Of a DNA stretch of 64,000 nucleotides, positions 1-13,885 are shown piece by piece. Below the pieces are notes generated by a model. It made no database searches, had not been told where the DNA came from, and saw only the letters and a list, made by a program, of their open reading frames with translations. The position numbers and the translations under genes were made by a program. Origin of the DNA: Octopus sinensis (Eukaryota); assembly GCF_006345805.1 (NCBI RefSeq), contig NC_043003.1:49724001-49788000 (forward strand). The letters run 5' to 3'. How positions within the stretch are numbered: the stretch's first letter is position 1; every line of letters begins with the position of its first letter.

Positions 1-295
1 CCTTGGGCCAACCAAAGCCTTGTGAGTGGATTTGGCAGACAGAAACTGAATGAAGCCTGTCGTATATGTGTGTGTGTGTGTGTGTTTGTGTATCTGTATT
101 TGTGCCCCCTCCATCGCTTGGCAACCAATGCTGGTATGTTTATGTCCTCATAACTTAGCAATTCAGCAAAAGAGACCGATAGAATAATTACTAGGCTTAC
201 AAAGAATAGTCCACAGGTCGATTTGTTTGACTAATGGTGGTGCCCCAGCATGGCCACAGTCAAATGACTGAAATAAAAATGTAAAAGAATAAGAG
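1..295 (+). mobile_element. SINE family A (tRNA head, CORE-like body, internal (TG)/(TA) tract), 3' part
   Basis: Same body and tail (aagccttgtgagtggatttgg...gtcaaatgactgaaa) as the full copies at 31962 and 29265. Confidence 0.85.
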
Positions 296-391
296 TAATT
301 TGTAAGTACATGTGTGTCTCTGTGTGTGACTATATGTGATTATATGTGTGTATGTTTCCTGAAGAAATTTAAAGAATGGTGCACTCTTTTC

Positions 392-1085
392 ATTATTACC
401 TCTGCCTTTACTTGTCTGTGGACAAGATATCCCAAGATCCGGTGAATCGATCTGGATGAAATTTTCAGGGATATTTGGCCTCATGACTGGCACAAAATGA
501 TTAGATTTTGAGATTGACTGGGTACCAGACAGGGATTCTGTATTATTTTTCCAGTTTTTTTTTACTTAATTTTTGAGAGTGGTTAGGTTCACTTTTAGTA
601 TTCTTGTTTGTGAGAGCAATCGAGTTTCATCATCATCATCATCGTTTAACGTCCGTTTTCCGCGCTAGCACGGGTTGGACGGTTCGACCGGGGTCTGGGA
701 AGCCAAGGGCTGCACCAGGCTCCAGTCTGATCTGGCAGTGTTTCTACAGCTGGATGCCCTTCCTAACACCAACCACTCCGCGAGTGTTGTGGGTGCTTTT
801 TACGTGCCACCTGCACAGGTGACAGAAGAGTCCGGCATCGTCCACGATCAGTTGGTGCTTTTAACGTGCCACCTGCACGGAAGCCAGCTAAGGCGGCACT
901 GGCATTGGCCACGTTCGGATGGTGCTTTTTATGTGCCACCAGCACTGGAGCCAGTCGAGGCGGTGCTGGCATCAGCCAAGGCGGCGCTGGCCAGATATTT
1001 TCATTTTAAAAATCATCTCTGGCTAATCACTGAGAGGACATTGGTGTTGCCTTGGCAGAGGTTTGCGCGCTCTGATTGCTTTTGT
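392..1085 (+). mobile_element. Helentron-type non-autonomous element (HINE/DINE-like), interrupted by an RTE 3' end
   Basis: Asymmetric subterminal inverted repeats acctctgcc (399-407) and ggcagaggt (1054-1062). A short 3' stem-loop is followed by a T-run, the 5' end is ttatt, and there is an internal gatgaaattttcagg block. Confidence 0.6.
627..990 (-). mobile_element. RTE-clade LINE, 3' UTR-only truncated copy
   Basis: Matches the 3' UTR of the 22320-23878 element, including the ~60-bp internal repeats and (GAT)n tail. Confidence 0.8.
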
Positions 1086-1974
1086 TTCTAAATGCATCTA
1101 CATACATCTTTGAGCACGAGTGTATATATACAGGGGTATATGCAAGAAGGATAAGTCCATAGAACACTGGCTCTGTGAGTGCATTTCTCAAACTATGTAA
1201 GCTTGTGTGTTATGCAACTGTGTAGATGTATGTGTTTATGAGATTATTTCCCAATTAATCTGTTAATGTCATGCACAATTTATGCATGTATATACACATG
1301 TGTGCATGTACAGGTATATATGTGTGTGTATGAAGAATTAGCTGAGAAAATATTACCCCCACTAATGCCATGTGCATTACACACACTGCTATATATGCAA
1401 ACATCTGTAAGTTTGTGCATGTGTGTGTGCATAACTGCATGCATGTAAGTCTGCATGTGTGCATGAACGTGCCTGTTTCATTTGTGTGTGAGGATGTGTG
1501 CTTAAAAGTTTGCAACCACATGTATGTATGTATGTATGTATGTTAATCTATGTATGTGAGTATCATGTGCATGTGTGTGTGTATATATATATATACATAT
1601 ATAAATATATATATACATATACATATATATGCATATATATAAATATATATATATGTGTATGTATATATGCATTCATGCGCTTGTGTGCATGCATATATGT
1701 CTATGTGTACACCTGTGTTTGTGACTATATGTAAACTTGTCTATGGGAGTGTGTGTATGTGCACCCATCTATGTGCGTGTGTGTCTATGTGTTTGTATGT
1801 ATGCCTCTGTATGCCCATCCGTCTGTGTGTAACTGCATGTATATGGGTGTGTACAGAATTAGTCTAAAGAACTCAGTTTGGTTAATGCCATGCCTGTTAT
1901 TCAACAAAGATGCAGTCATGTGCAACACAGTACTTCCTTTCGTTTCAAAGATGGTGTGTTACGAAATAGAAGAA

Positions 1975-2059
1975 GAAGAAGAAGAGGAAAGAAGAAGAAG
2001 AAGATGAAGAAGAAGAAGAAGAAGAGGAAAGAAGAAGAAGAAGAAGAAGAGAAGAAGAA

Positions 2060-2091
<32 letters not shown>

Positions 2092-2132
2092 AGACGAAGA
2101 CGAAGAAGAAGAAGAAGAAGAAGAAGAAGAAA
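1975..2132. repeat. (AAG)n microsatellite
   Basis: Visible trinucleotide tract. Confidence 0.95.
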
Positions 2133-2484
2133 GTGGCTTGAAAGAAATATGACTATATTTGCCAACTTCTTATAAGAAGCATTGAAGGATAAAACACACC
2201 AAATTTTCAAGGTTTTTCTTTAGCTGTTGCTTGTCTTGCAAAAATGAAAAAAAAAATTAAAAAAGGGAGTTGGGGAAGATGTGTTGTTCAACAATATTCC
2301 TTCTAGCAAATGGCCCTGCTTACATAACAAGGCAGAAATTCAGGCTGCAGTTTCGAATCTTTGTATGTTTGTCTTTTTTATTTTGGATAAAATTTATTGT
2401 GTATATAATATGCATAGAAATTTGTGTGTGCGTGAGTGAATTTGGATTATACTATTGAATTATATCTGTATCAAGTTTATATAT

Positions 2485-2539
<55 letters not shown>

Positions 2540-3052
2540 CATAATGTATATATAGTTGAAATTTACAAAAAACAAACAAGACAAAAGACAAAGATTGGTG
2601 TGTAAACAACAGATATATATATATATATATTTATCTTTGTATGTATGTATGTATATATATATATACATACACACACATATATATAATGTGTGTGTGTGTA
2701 TATATATATATTTATAGCTGTGTATATATATACATACATATACAATGTATGTATATATATCTATATGTGTATTTATATATGTGCATGTATAGATAGATAA
2801 ATATGTAGAGGGATAGATAGATAGATGTGTATGTATACTTATATACATATACATGCATGTAAAATTATATGTACGTTTGTCTATAAATGAATTGTTACAT
2901 GCAGAAGTGTGTACATAAACAGCATATAGATATGGGCACTTATCTGCTTGTGTACTTATGTGCACCATCCCATAATGCATGTATATATTTGTGCATATGT
3001 GTACATGTACGTTTGTGTATGTACGTGTGTATTGGAGGGAAATTCATGCTGC

Positions 3053-4133
3053 ACTTTGAAAGAAAAGAATAAACTTTTTATGTCTTATACGTTAGCAAAT
3101 AAAATTAAATTTGCTTGTTAACTTTTTCAAAGCAGAAAGGTATAGAGTTGTGTATCTGATCCCAACATAGCTGTTTTTATATAAACAACTGGTTTAAATC
3201 CTCTCACGGTACACTAGTCACTACCGAAAGGAACAGTTAAGTGAATTTGCTGCTGTACATGTGATTTGATCATGTAGATATGCAGTTCAATTCCAGTGCA
3301 GGTGTTTTGCTATTTTTTTTTTCTTGGTGGAAGAATTAATTCTAACGTGACCTTGGTATATTTACCTGCCAGGAATCAGTATTTAAATAACATTAGATTC
3401 TGATATGCAATTAGACCAGTATCCTACCTTAGAAGAAATTGTTTTTCATCTACTAGGTACAAGCATGGCTGTGTGGTAAAAAGTCTGCTTTTCAACCACA
3501 TGGTTCTGGGTTCAGTCCCACTGTGTTCACACCTTTGGCAAGTGTCTTCTACTATAGGCATTGGCCAACTAAAGCCTTGTGAGTAGATTTGGTAAATGGA
3601 AACTAAAAGAAGTCCATCGTATATGTGTGTGTGTGTGTGTGTGTGTGAGTGTGTCTTTTGTGTCTGTGTTTATCCAACATCACAACAACCAGTGTTGGTG
3701 TGTTTATGTCCCTATAACTTAGCAGTTTGACAAAAGTGACTGATAGAATAAGTACCTGGTTTAAAACAATAAAAATACTGGGGTTGATTCATTTGACTGA
3801 TAATTCTTCAAAATGGTGCCCCAGCATGGTCACAAGCTAATGACTGAAACAGGTAAACAAATAAACACCTAATACTGGTCCTTAAAATATTTCAAGGTTG
3901 GAATTGAACTTCAAATCTATACGATCAAGTCACATGTTCAGTAGCAAATCTACTTAACTGTTCCTTTCTGTGACAACAAGTGTTCTGAAAGGGTATTTAA
4001 ACCAGTTATTTATAAACGTTAGGATCAGATATCCCAACACTGTACCGTTCTGCTTTGGAAAAGTTAACAAGCAAATTTAATTTTATTTGCTAACGCATAA
4101 GATATAAAAAGTTTATTCTTTTTCCTTCAAAGT
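3053..4133. mobile_element. Fold-back element with ~240-bp imperfect terminal inverted repeats and a SINE A inserted in the middle
   Basis: 3053-3297 (actttgaaagaaaagaataaactttttatgtcttatacgttagcaaataaaattaaatttgcttgttaac...) is the diverged reverse complement of 3897-4133. Confidence 0.7.
3456..3865 (+). mobile_element. SINE family A, full length, diverged
   Basis: A-box tggctgtgtgg, B-box ggttcagtccc, and the shared body and tail. Confidence 0.85.
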
Positions 4134-4474
4134 TTTGGAGGTTTTATGCTATATTAGTATCATACTCTTGCGTTCACCACTCAATGCTTTCTCCTCTATC
4201 TTTCACCCTGCTTTCATACTCACACAAATATATCTACATGATCAACCTGTCCAATCTTCTCTTCCACTTCACTTATATTTAACTCGCTGTAACTTAAGGA
4301 TACAAGGGTACGCTCTGACTCATCTTTGCAACCAAATTCTTTCTCCCTCACTTCTTTATTTTCCAATTGAGATAGCCATGTATCTCATCCAAAGCAAGAT
4401 ACCTGGTTCTATCCCTTTAACATACTTTAACCATTTATCATGGGGCACAAAGCTTCCTCTCTTAATATGACACC

Positions 4475-4885
4475 ATATGATGATGATGATGATGATGGTG
4501 AAGATGGTGACGATGATGACAACAACGATGATGATGATGATAATGATGATGATGAAGACGACAACGATGATGGGGGTGATGATGATGATGACGACGACGA
4601 CAATGATGATGATGATGATGATGACAATGAGATGATAATGATAATGAAATGATGATGATGACAATGATGATGATGATGATGACAATGATGAAGACAATGA
4701 CGATGATGATGATAGGGTGATGGTGATGATGACGATGATGATGATAATGATGATGATAATGATGACGATAGTTATGATGATGATGATGGGGATGATGAGG
4801 AGGAGGAGAACGACAATGATGATGACGATGATGAGGATGATGATGATGATGAGGATGGTGATGATGATGATGGGATGGTGATAAT
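4475..4885. repeat. Degenerate (GAT)n microsatellite
   Basis: Visible. It is the source of the poly-D/H/S/I ORFs. Confidence 0.95.
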
Positions 4886-5418
4886 GTTATATTCATGTGC
4901 TCTTCTTATACCCACTAAAATCTCTTTGTGCTTGCCGATATAGTCACAGAACTGCGTTAAGCAGCAACTATCTAACATATAAAATCGTTTTAATACTTTG
5001 CCAAGCTTGTTAAAGAAGTAAACTAAATTTTATTTTTGATTTCGTTTTTGTTTTTGATTTTGTTTCGTTTTTGATTGAAGTTTGTTCAAATCCACAACCA
5101 TGTGTATAAATTAATGGCAGAAGATTTTATTTCTTTGTAAAAGAATTTAAAAGAAACATTTTCCTTGAAGGTTTCTTCATACTTTTATTTATAGTATCAA
5201 ATTAGAGTTGTTCATATCTCTATAAACTTTCATTACGCAATCGATATTGGGATCTCCATTCATTCATTTCCTGTTTTGCATGTTCTCAATCAAATGGAGT
5301 TGCTTTACTTTACTTTACTTTACTGTTATGCAAGTCTGTTACTTGCTTCAGTCATTGGACTGTGGCCACACTGAAGCATTGCCTTGAAGGGTTTCTAGCC
5401 ACAGAAATTGATCCCCAG

Positions 5419-5686
5419 TGAGCTGGCAGAAACGTTAGCATGCTAGACGGAAAGGCAGCAAGCTGGCAGAAATGTTAGCACGCTGGACGAAATGCTTAGC
5501 AGTATTTCGTCTGTCTTTATGTTCTGAGTTCAAATTCTGCTGAGGTTGACTTTGCCTTTCATCCTTTCGGGGTCGATTAAATAAGTACCAGTTACGCACT
5601 GGGGTCAATGTAATCGACTTAATCCCTTTGTCTGTCCTTGTTTGTCCCCTCTATTTTTAGCCCCTTGTGGGCAATAAAGAAATAAG
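5419..5686 (+). mobile_element. SINE family B (ggcgagctggcagaa head; gactttgcctttcatcctttcggggtcga central domain) nested in a minus-strand SINE A
   Basis: The head is duplicated in tandem. Flanks 5320-5418 and 5687-5830 are the two halves of a minus-strand SINE A. Confidence 0.8.
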
Positions 5687-5844
5687 AAATCAATCCCTGG
5701 GACTTATTCTTTGTAAGCCTAGTACTTATTCTATCAGTCTCTTATGCTGAACCACTAATTTACAGGGATGTAAATACACAAACATTGGTTGTCAAGTGAC
5801 GATGGGGGAACAAACAGACACAAAGACACACACACATAAACATA

Positions 5845-6385
5845 TCATCATCATCATCATCGTCGTTTAACATCCGTTTTCCATGCTAGCAAAAGTTGGA
5901 CGGTTTGACTGGGGCCTGGAAAGCCAGGAGGCTGCACCAGGCTCCAGTCTGATCTGGCAATGTTTCTATAGCTGGATGCCCTTCCTAATGCCAACCACTC
6001 TGTGAGTGTAGTGGGTGCTTTTTATGTGCTACCAGCACCAGGACCAGATGAGGCTGGCAACATCCACGATCAGTTGGTGCTTTTTATGTGCCACTGGCAT
6101 GCACGCCAGTCAAGGTGGCACTGGCATTGGCCACGTTTGGATGGTGCTTTTTATGTGCCACCGGCATGGGTAACACAACTACAATTTCCATTTGATTTTT
6201 ATTTTGATGTTGATGTACTTGACTCAATAGGTCTCCTCAAGCACAGAAGGTTGCCCTACGATCCAAGGTAAACACAGTAGGCTGTCCTGCGAGCCATGAA
6301 CTCACTTCATTTGACGTGTCTTCGCAGTCACAGCATATCTCCAGAGGTCTCGGTCTTTCGTCATTACCTCCGTAAGGCCCAATGA
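5845..6385 (-). mobile_element. RTE-clade LINE, 5'-truncated, includes the ORF C-terminus DLRSLGLTEVMTKDRDLWRYAVTAKTRQMK*
   Basis: The reverse-strand translation matches the C-terminus of the 22901-23866 ORF. The 3' UTR and (GAT)n tail are present. Confidence 0.85.
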
Positions 6386-6705
6386 TCGAAGGTCATATAT
6401 TAATCATAAGGACACATTAAAGTGTTTTCTCACAAGAAATGAGAGTTAAAATCCTCGTTTGGACCTCTACAAAAATAACAGATTCAACAGCATATGAGCA
6501 AAGACAGACGAAATACCACTAAGCATTCCACCCATCATGCTAACGTTTCTGCCAGCTCGCTGCCTTATATATATCATCATCATCATATATCTGCTTTCCA
6601 TTCTGGCATGGGTTGGATGGTTTGACTGAGGACTGGTGAGCCAGAGGCTACACCAGGTTCAATCTGATCTGGCAAAGTTTCTACAGCTGGATGCCTTTCC
6701 TAATG

Positions 6706-6745
<40 letters not shown>

Positions 6746-6964
6746 AAATTTAGAGGACTGACCACTAAAAGAATGGACAGCCTATATGCTAGATGTAGAC
6801 GTCAAAATCTCCATTTTCCACGAAGAATGTGTTCTCAAGAAAAAAATTCAGCAAAAAACCAAAGTGTAAAAATAAGCAAGACAAATGAAAATATACGAAA
6901 TAAAAAAACGATTACCTATGTACTAATTAGTTCACTTGTTAATATTTATTAACTGCAGAGTAAA

Positions 6965-7015
<51 letters not shown>

Positions 7016-7272
7016 ATATATATGCACACACACACAGGCACACACACACACAAGGTGGCGAGCTGGCAGAAATGCTAGCACGGTGGGTGAAATGCTTAGT
7101 GGCATTTCATCTGTTTTTATGCTCTGAGTCCAAATTCCACTGAGGTTGACTTTGCCTTTCGTACTTTCAGGGTCGACAAATTAAGTATCAGTTACATACT
7201 GGGGTCAATCTAATCAACTGGCCCCCTCCCCCTAGAGTACAAAACAATATATATATACATATACATATATAT

Positions 7273-7306
<34 letters not shown>

Positions 7307-7787
7307 GATGAGTTTCAGTTACTGTTTACCACTCACAATGCTTTGGTCAACAACCTGCAATTATAGAAGACACTTGCCCAAGATGCCATGCAGTAGGACA
7401 GAACCTGGAACCATGTGGCTGGGATGTTTATGATGTGAATGATAATGATCATGTACATGTTGATAATGGTGAGAACGATGATAGGTTAATGACTTTGACG
7501 AATCCTCTTTAATAGTCTTGCCACTTGTTGATGAAATTGTTTCCCTAACGTAATAAGGATTAAATAAAGAAATTATTCCTTAGTCCATGGGTTGTAACTT
7601 GCTTCTATCATCAGACAGCGGCCATGCTGGGGCACCGCCTTCAGGAATTTTTAGTCAGATAAATCAACCCCAGGACTTCCTTTTAAGCCTAGTACTTATT
7701 CAATCAGACTCTTTGTTGAACTGCTAAGTTATGTGGGCATAAACAAACCAAAACTGGTTGTCTAGCAGTAGTGGAGGACAAACACAG

Positions 7788-7866
<79 letters not shown>

Positions 7867-7919
7867 ACCGTTTCCATCTATCAAATCCACTCCCAGGCTT
7901 TGGTTGGCCTGAGGCTATA

Positions 7920-8322
7920 GTCTTTTACTCTTTTACTTGTTTCAGTCATTTGACTGCGGCCATGCTGGAGCACCGCCTTTAGTCATGCAATTGACCCCAG
8001 GACTTATTCTTTGTAAGCCCAGTACTTATTTTATTGGTCTCTTTTGCCAAACTGCTAAGTGACAGGGACATAAACACACCAGCATCGGTTGTCAAGCAAT
8101 GCTAGGGGGACAAACACAGACACACAAACATACACACACACACATATATATATACATATATACGACGGGCGTCTTTCAGTTTCCGTCTACCAAATCCACT
8201 CACAAGGCTTTGGTCGGCCTGAGGCTATAGTAGAAAACACTTGTCCAAGATGCCACACAGTGGGACTGAACACAGAACCATGAGGTTGGGAAGCTAACTT
8301 CTTACCACACAGCCACACCTGT
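7920..8322 (-). mobile_element. SINE family A, full length
   Basis: Reverse complement of the family A consensus; a second partial copy abuts at 7610-7920. Confidence 0.85.
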
Positions 8323-8702
8323 CATTTTTTTTTTCCATTTATTACATTTCTCACACAAAATCTTTTAAAGAATTGTGGCTGAAAAGTACAAAACCTCAAG
8401 TTTTTTCTGAATTAACTTGCAATGATTTAATTTATTGGCACCTTAAGCAAGTCTTCTCAATAAATGTTTGAATCAATCCTTTGACATTTTGAATTCTGAT
8501 TTGACTCTCTATTCACCATCTATTCTCCATAGGATCTATTTTATATCGAACATATTTTATCATACACACACACATACACACACCTATGTATATATGTATT
8601 TGTATCTCTCTTTTACCCTCTCTCCTTGTCTCTCTCTAAGTATGTGTGTATACACACACACACACACACACGCACACACACATATATATATACATATATA
8701 AA

Positions 8703-8878
8703 TGGGGATAATTCACAAAAAAAAACCAAAAGACGAAGACAGGTGGTGTAGACAATAAACAGATGTATTAGTTTAATGCTCAAGAAGTGAAAAGCCTACG
8801 CTCTTCTACAGAAAGGAATACAGAAAGAAACAAGGAGAGAAATAAAGAATGTGTAGTGGCTAGCGATGTATCATGGCG
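8703..8878 (-). mobile_element. Hammerhead-bearing short element family 1 (Penelope-like terminal repeat/retrozyme); the GAAAC-GUA half is deleted in this copy
   Basis: Colinear with 33496-33686 and 56037-56220; the sense strand reads ctttctgtagaagagcgtaggct and then skips the catalytic 3' half. Confidence 0.7.
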
Positions 8879-8899
8879 ATATGTATGTGTGTGTATATA

Positions 8900-9116
8900 T
8901 ACTCTTTACTCCTTTACTCTTTTACTTGTGTCAGTCATGTGACTGTGGCCAAGCTGAAACACTGCCTTTAGTCGAGCAAATCGACCCCAGGACTTATTCT
9001 TTGTAAGCCTAGTACTTATTCTATTGGTCACTTTTGCTGAACTGCTAAGTGACGGGACATAAACACACCAGCATCAGTTGTCAAGCAATGCTAGGGGGAC
9101 AAACATAGACACACAA

Positions 9117-9163
<47 letters not shown>

Positions 9164-9330
9164 TACGACGGGCTTCTTTCAGTTTCCGTCTACCAAATCC
9201 ACTCACAAGGCTTTGGTTGGCTCGAGGCTATAATAGAAGACACTTGCCCAAGGTGTCACGCAGTAGGACTTAACCTGGAACCATGTGGCTGATAAGCAAG
9301 CTACTTACCACACACCCACTCCTGTACCTA
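8900..9330 (-). mobile_element. SINE family A, full length
   Basis: Reverse complement of the family consensus. Confidence 0.85.
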
Positions 9331-10194
9331 TATATATATATATAGTAATTGAGTAGTTGAATGAATTATCTTATTATGGATAATTCGGTTAACCGATACC
9401 TGGGTAGCAAATTCACGTCAGAAAAACACGGTTGAAGCTACATGCCTAGGGCAGAGATCACGTGCTATCGTGTGGAAATTTGTGTGTTTTTTTTTAATAC
9501 AAATAAATGAAAGAATAATAATAATGATAGATAATAATAAATGAAAATAAAATATAGGAATTTTGTTAATTCGTCGTTCAACTCCATTCTTTCATTTATT
9601 TATATATATATATATATGTATGCATGTATGTAGCTTGAATATTTTCCCACTAGCATATTATGCTTTTATTCTTTTGTAATTCAATGGGGACACTTTCAGT
9701 TGTTCCATTGCAACATGACCTGTACTTGTACTTTTATCAATAACTCCAACATTACGAACACTTATTCATATCTGGGAATCAATAAAGCCAACCCGGTACT
9801 TACAACAAAAGTTTTCTTTAGTGTTCACTCCATTTCCTTTCTCTATCCATTTTCTCATTAAAATTTCAAGCAGATTCAATGGTTTCCCTTTAATAAACAT
9901 CTCAATATGTTTATGCATTTCTGATTGCAGTCTTCAGACTTTTATTGAAAGTAAATATTACATCTCAACTATGTAGTTGATCTCCTGCTTGTTTGAAAAT
10001 CAGACAAGGATGAAGCACTTTGGATTTACACCATGCAAACATTTGTTTCCTACACAATGATCCAAACTGTAGTCTCATCCATGGCATTGTTATTTCCTGG
10101 TTTAGCTTTTATGATACCAGCTTCATAGTTATTAACCATTTCGTTACCATGTTTCTGTTAAACTACACTGTCTTTGTTTTAATTAATCTGGAAC

Positions 10195-10417
10195 ATACTC
10201 TTTACTCTCATTTTACTCTTTTACTTGTTTCAGTCATTTGACTGTGACCATGCTGGAGCACCACCTTTAGTTGAGCAAATCGACCACATGACTTATTCTT
10301 TGTAAACCTAGTACTTATTCTATCGGTCTCTTTTGCCGAACTGCTAAATTACAGGGATGTAAACACACCAGCATCGGTTGTCAAGCGATGTTGGCAGGTA
10401 CAAACACAGGCACACAA

Positions 10418-10474
<57 letters not shown>

Positions 10475-10635
10475 CAACGGGCTTCTTTCAGTTTCTGTCT
10501 ACCAAATCCACTCACAAGGCTTTGGTCAGCCCGAGGCTATTGTAGAAGACACTTGCCCAAGGTATCACGCAGTGGGACTGAACCCAGAACTATGTGGTTG
10601 GTAAGCAAGCTACTTACCGCACAACCACTCCTAAT
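10195..10635 (-). mobile_element. SINE family A, full length
   Basis: Reverse complement of the family consensus. Confidence 0.85.
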
Positions 10636-11427
10636 GAAGAATTTTGCAAAATGACTGTCATTTTTAAGCTGGCGCCAAGGTCAGCTTTGCCTTTCATTCT
10701 TTCAGGGTCGATAAAATGAGTTCCAATTCAGGACTGGGGTTGATGTAATTTGCTCAACCACTTCCTGAAATTCTTGGCCTTGTGCCAAAATTTGAAACCA
10801 TTATTAAGCTGATGTTTAAAACATAAGTTAAAATGAAATTTTAGTGCAAAGTTTTAATTCAGATTATTTCAAAATAAAAAGTTTGGTATCATAGATGTAA
10901 AAGCAGTCACATGTAGGTTGGAAACAGAATGGTTAATTATCTCTAGTTTTCGTCCCCGAACTAGTAGATTCTGTGTCCTTTTATCCCTGAATTTTGAGAG
11001 GGCAATAGTTCAGGTGGGAGAGGATGATGGGGCAGACCAGCCAAGCAACTCTTTTCTGGGTGTGACACATTTAGGTCTACGGTATAAGCCTGTATATGGT
11101 GTACTGGCCTAGGGAGGTCAGCAAATTTAACGGCTGCCCTAGATACATCACAGTGAAAAGGGTTTGCTATTAGCTCACTTCAAATATTTGATTGACTGTC
11201 TCTCTGTTAAATAGTCAGCATTGGAAGAGTTTATAGGAACCATTTCAGTTACTGTTAGTTCTTCAACAATTCTCTGTTATTGTTCAATGGTCAGTGTCCA
11301 GAGCATTCCATTGTGGTATGTTTTGGTTCTAATGATTTTTTGCAAAGTTTTCACAACCATCCAATCCATGTCAGAATAGAAGAGAAGAAAAATAAATGAT
11401 AATAATAATATAATAATAATAATAATA

Positions 11428-11700
11428 AGCAGTTGTGGTTGATGCAAAAGGTAGCAGTAGTACCAATAATTGTCAGAGCCCTGAGAACAGTGAGCGAAAA
11501 TCTCGAGAAGTATGTGGAACAAATAGGGGCTGCAATAAAGGTGGAGCATTTGCAGAAAACAGTACTACTTGGAACTGCTTGAATACTCCGGAAGGTGCTT
11601 GAAAAATAAGAAATGTTACCTTAGTGCACTGGGGGTGAACAGCTGACACTGTAGTACATCTTCAGCATTAGAAGCTATGCAAAGGCAATGATAATAATAA
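11428..11700 (+). mobile_element. Dong/R4-clade (restriction-like endonuclease) non-LTR retrotransposon, 3' fragment
   Basis: 11430-11609 translates QLWLMQKVAVVPIIVRALRTVSENLEKYVEQIGAAIKVEHLQKTVLLGTA*ILRKVLEK*. This is the recalled C-terminal signature VIPxVxGALG...LQKxxLLGTARILRxVL. (TAA)n lies on both sides. Confidence 0.7.
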
Positions 11701-12474
11701 TAATAATGATAATAATAAAAATGATAGTAATAATAACAATGATAAGGAAAGTTCTTGATATCTAAGGCAACTTGTAGTCCAATGTTAGGATTCTTTTCTT
11801 TACTAACAGTCTAATCTGTTGAGTGTATATGAAATGTATAAATAAATATATGAATGAATAAATGAAAAGATAACTAAATAAAAACAACAATGAAATAAAT
11901 AGCCAAAGATGCCATCGGAAAAGATTGAAATAAAAAGACACAGGAATATAATATTGTAGACATAAAGGGGGTAAAAAATATTGCAATAAGATTATTTTTA
12001 TGCCAACTTATTTTCCAGAAATTTTTGCCACAATCTCAAACTAAGAAGAAACAAAGAGAGATTAAGTTCTCAAATCCAAGAATTCTTTAATCAATTTAGA
12101 ACACACACATATAAATACACAAAGACATACACATACATACATACATACATACACAAGATCAGGTACATTTACACATGCATACACACACACACACACACAC
12201 TCACAAACATATATATATATATATATGACCGGGGGTTCTCACCGTTTCCCTCTACCGAATCCACTAACAAGGCTTTGTTCAGGCGGAGGCTATATAGTAG
12301 AAGACACTTGCCCAAGGTGTCAAGCAGTGGGGCTGAATCTGGAACCATATGGTTGGAAAGCAAACTTCTTACTACACAGCCATGCCTGTACTTATATATA
12401 AGATTTTTATATTCCGACGAATGTCAGCTGTTGATGAATGACTGCAATTAATTCCCTCAATTTTCCACCTTGCA

Positions 12475-12842
12475 CCACCAACCACCATCACCACTACCAC
12501 CATCACCACCACCACCACCACCACTACCAAGACCATTACCACCACCACTGCCAAGACCGTGTTGACAACGGCAACTACCACCAATGCCAAGACCCCCGCC
12601 ACCACCACCACCACCACCACTACCACTGCCAAGACCACCACTACCACCATAACCATCACTACCAAGACCACTGCTGCCACCGCCACCGCCACTCCCACCA
12701 CCATCACCACCACCACCATCACCACCATCACTATTGCCAAGGCCACGATGAAGATGACAACCACCACCTCTACTGCCAAGACCACCATCAGCACCACCAC
12801 CACCACCACCAAGACCACAACCACCACCACCACCACCAATCT
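12475..12842. repeat. Degenerate (CAC)n microsatellite
   Basis: Visible. Confidence 0.95.
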
Positions 12843-13178
12843 CCGCCACTCGTCACTCCACCCCCCCCCTCACCCTCCATCCCAATCCTTATTACGTGTT
12901 CTTCCTACTTACTTAGAATATGTCTTCAGAAATTCTAATTGCTAAGTCCACTTTATTGAACACTTCAGCACCATTTCACAGATCTCTGATGTAATAGTGG
13001 CATTTCATTCCCTTCACCAATTCTTCTCTCTATTCCTCCGCTAAGACATTATTATTCCTGCTTTAATGCATCATCATATTCCTTGCTTTATCCTCTTCTG
13101 GACCTTTCCATCTTTTAATATTTCTATTGATTTTTATTTTATTCTACTTTATTTTATATTCATATTTGCTATTTGCAT

Positions 13179-13235
<57 letters not shown>

Positions 13236-13341
13236 TTAATCTAATAAATATTTGATAGATTGCAAAGTGTTGCTTCACAGATTTCTTCACTTCTTGTTTG
13301 TCTCTATACTGAATATTTCATGGGGTTAAAATTTTAAATTC

Positions 13342-13885
13342 TTCATCATCATCATCATCATCATCATTATCATCATCATCTTCATCATCATATTTATAAT
13401 CATCATCATCATCATCATTATCATCATCATTCTCACCAGCATGATCATTGCTGTCGTCATCGTTGTTGTCATCATCAGTGTCATCACAATCATCATCATC
13501 ACCTTCGTCATCATCGTCATCATGATCATGATCATCAACATCATCATCATGTCCATCATCATGTTCACCATCATCACCACCACCATCATGATCATCGCTA
13601 TCATCATGATCATCATCATCGCCATCATCATGATCATAATCATCATCATCGTCATCATAATGATCATGAGGATCATCATTCTCATCATCATCATAATTAT
13701 CATCATTCTCATCATCATTGTTATCATTATCATCAGCATCATCATTGTCGTCATCGTCATCGTCAACATCGTCATCAATAGCTCTATCATCAACATCCCT
13801 ATCAGCATCACCACCATCATCACAATTATCATCATCAACACCATTATCACCACCACCACCACCACCACCATCATAATAATTATTA
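13342..13885. repeat. Degenerate (CAT)n microsatellite
   Basis: Visible. Confidence 0.95.

Noticed and set aside
9640-9920. Long nearly open frame on the minus strand (EMHKHIEMFIKGKPLNLL...KYRVGFIDSQI*)
   Set aside because: Weak acceptor, internal stops and no recognisable motif; at best an unclassified transposon relic.
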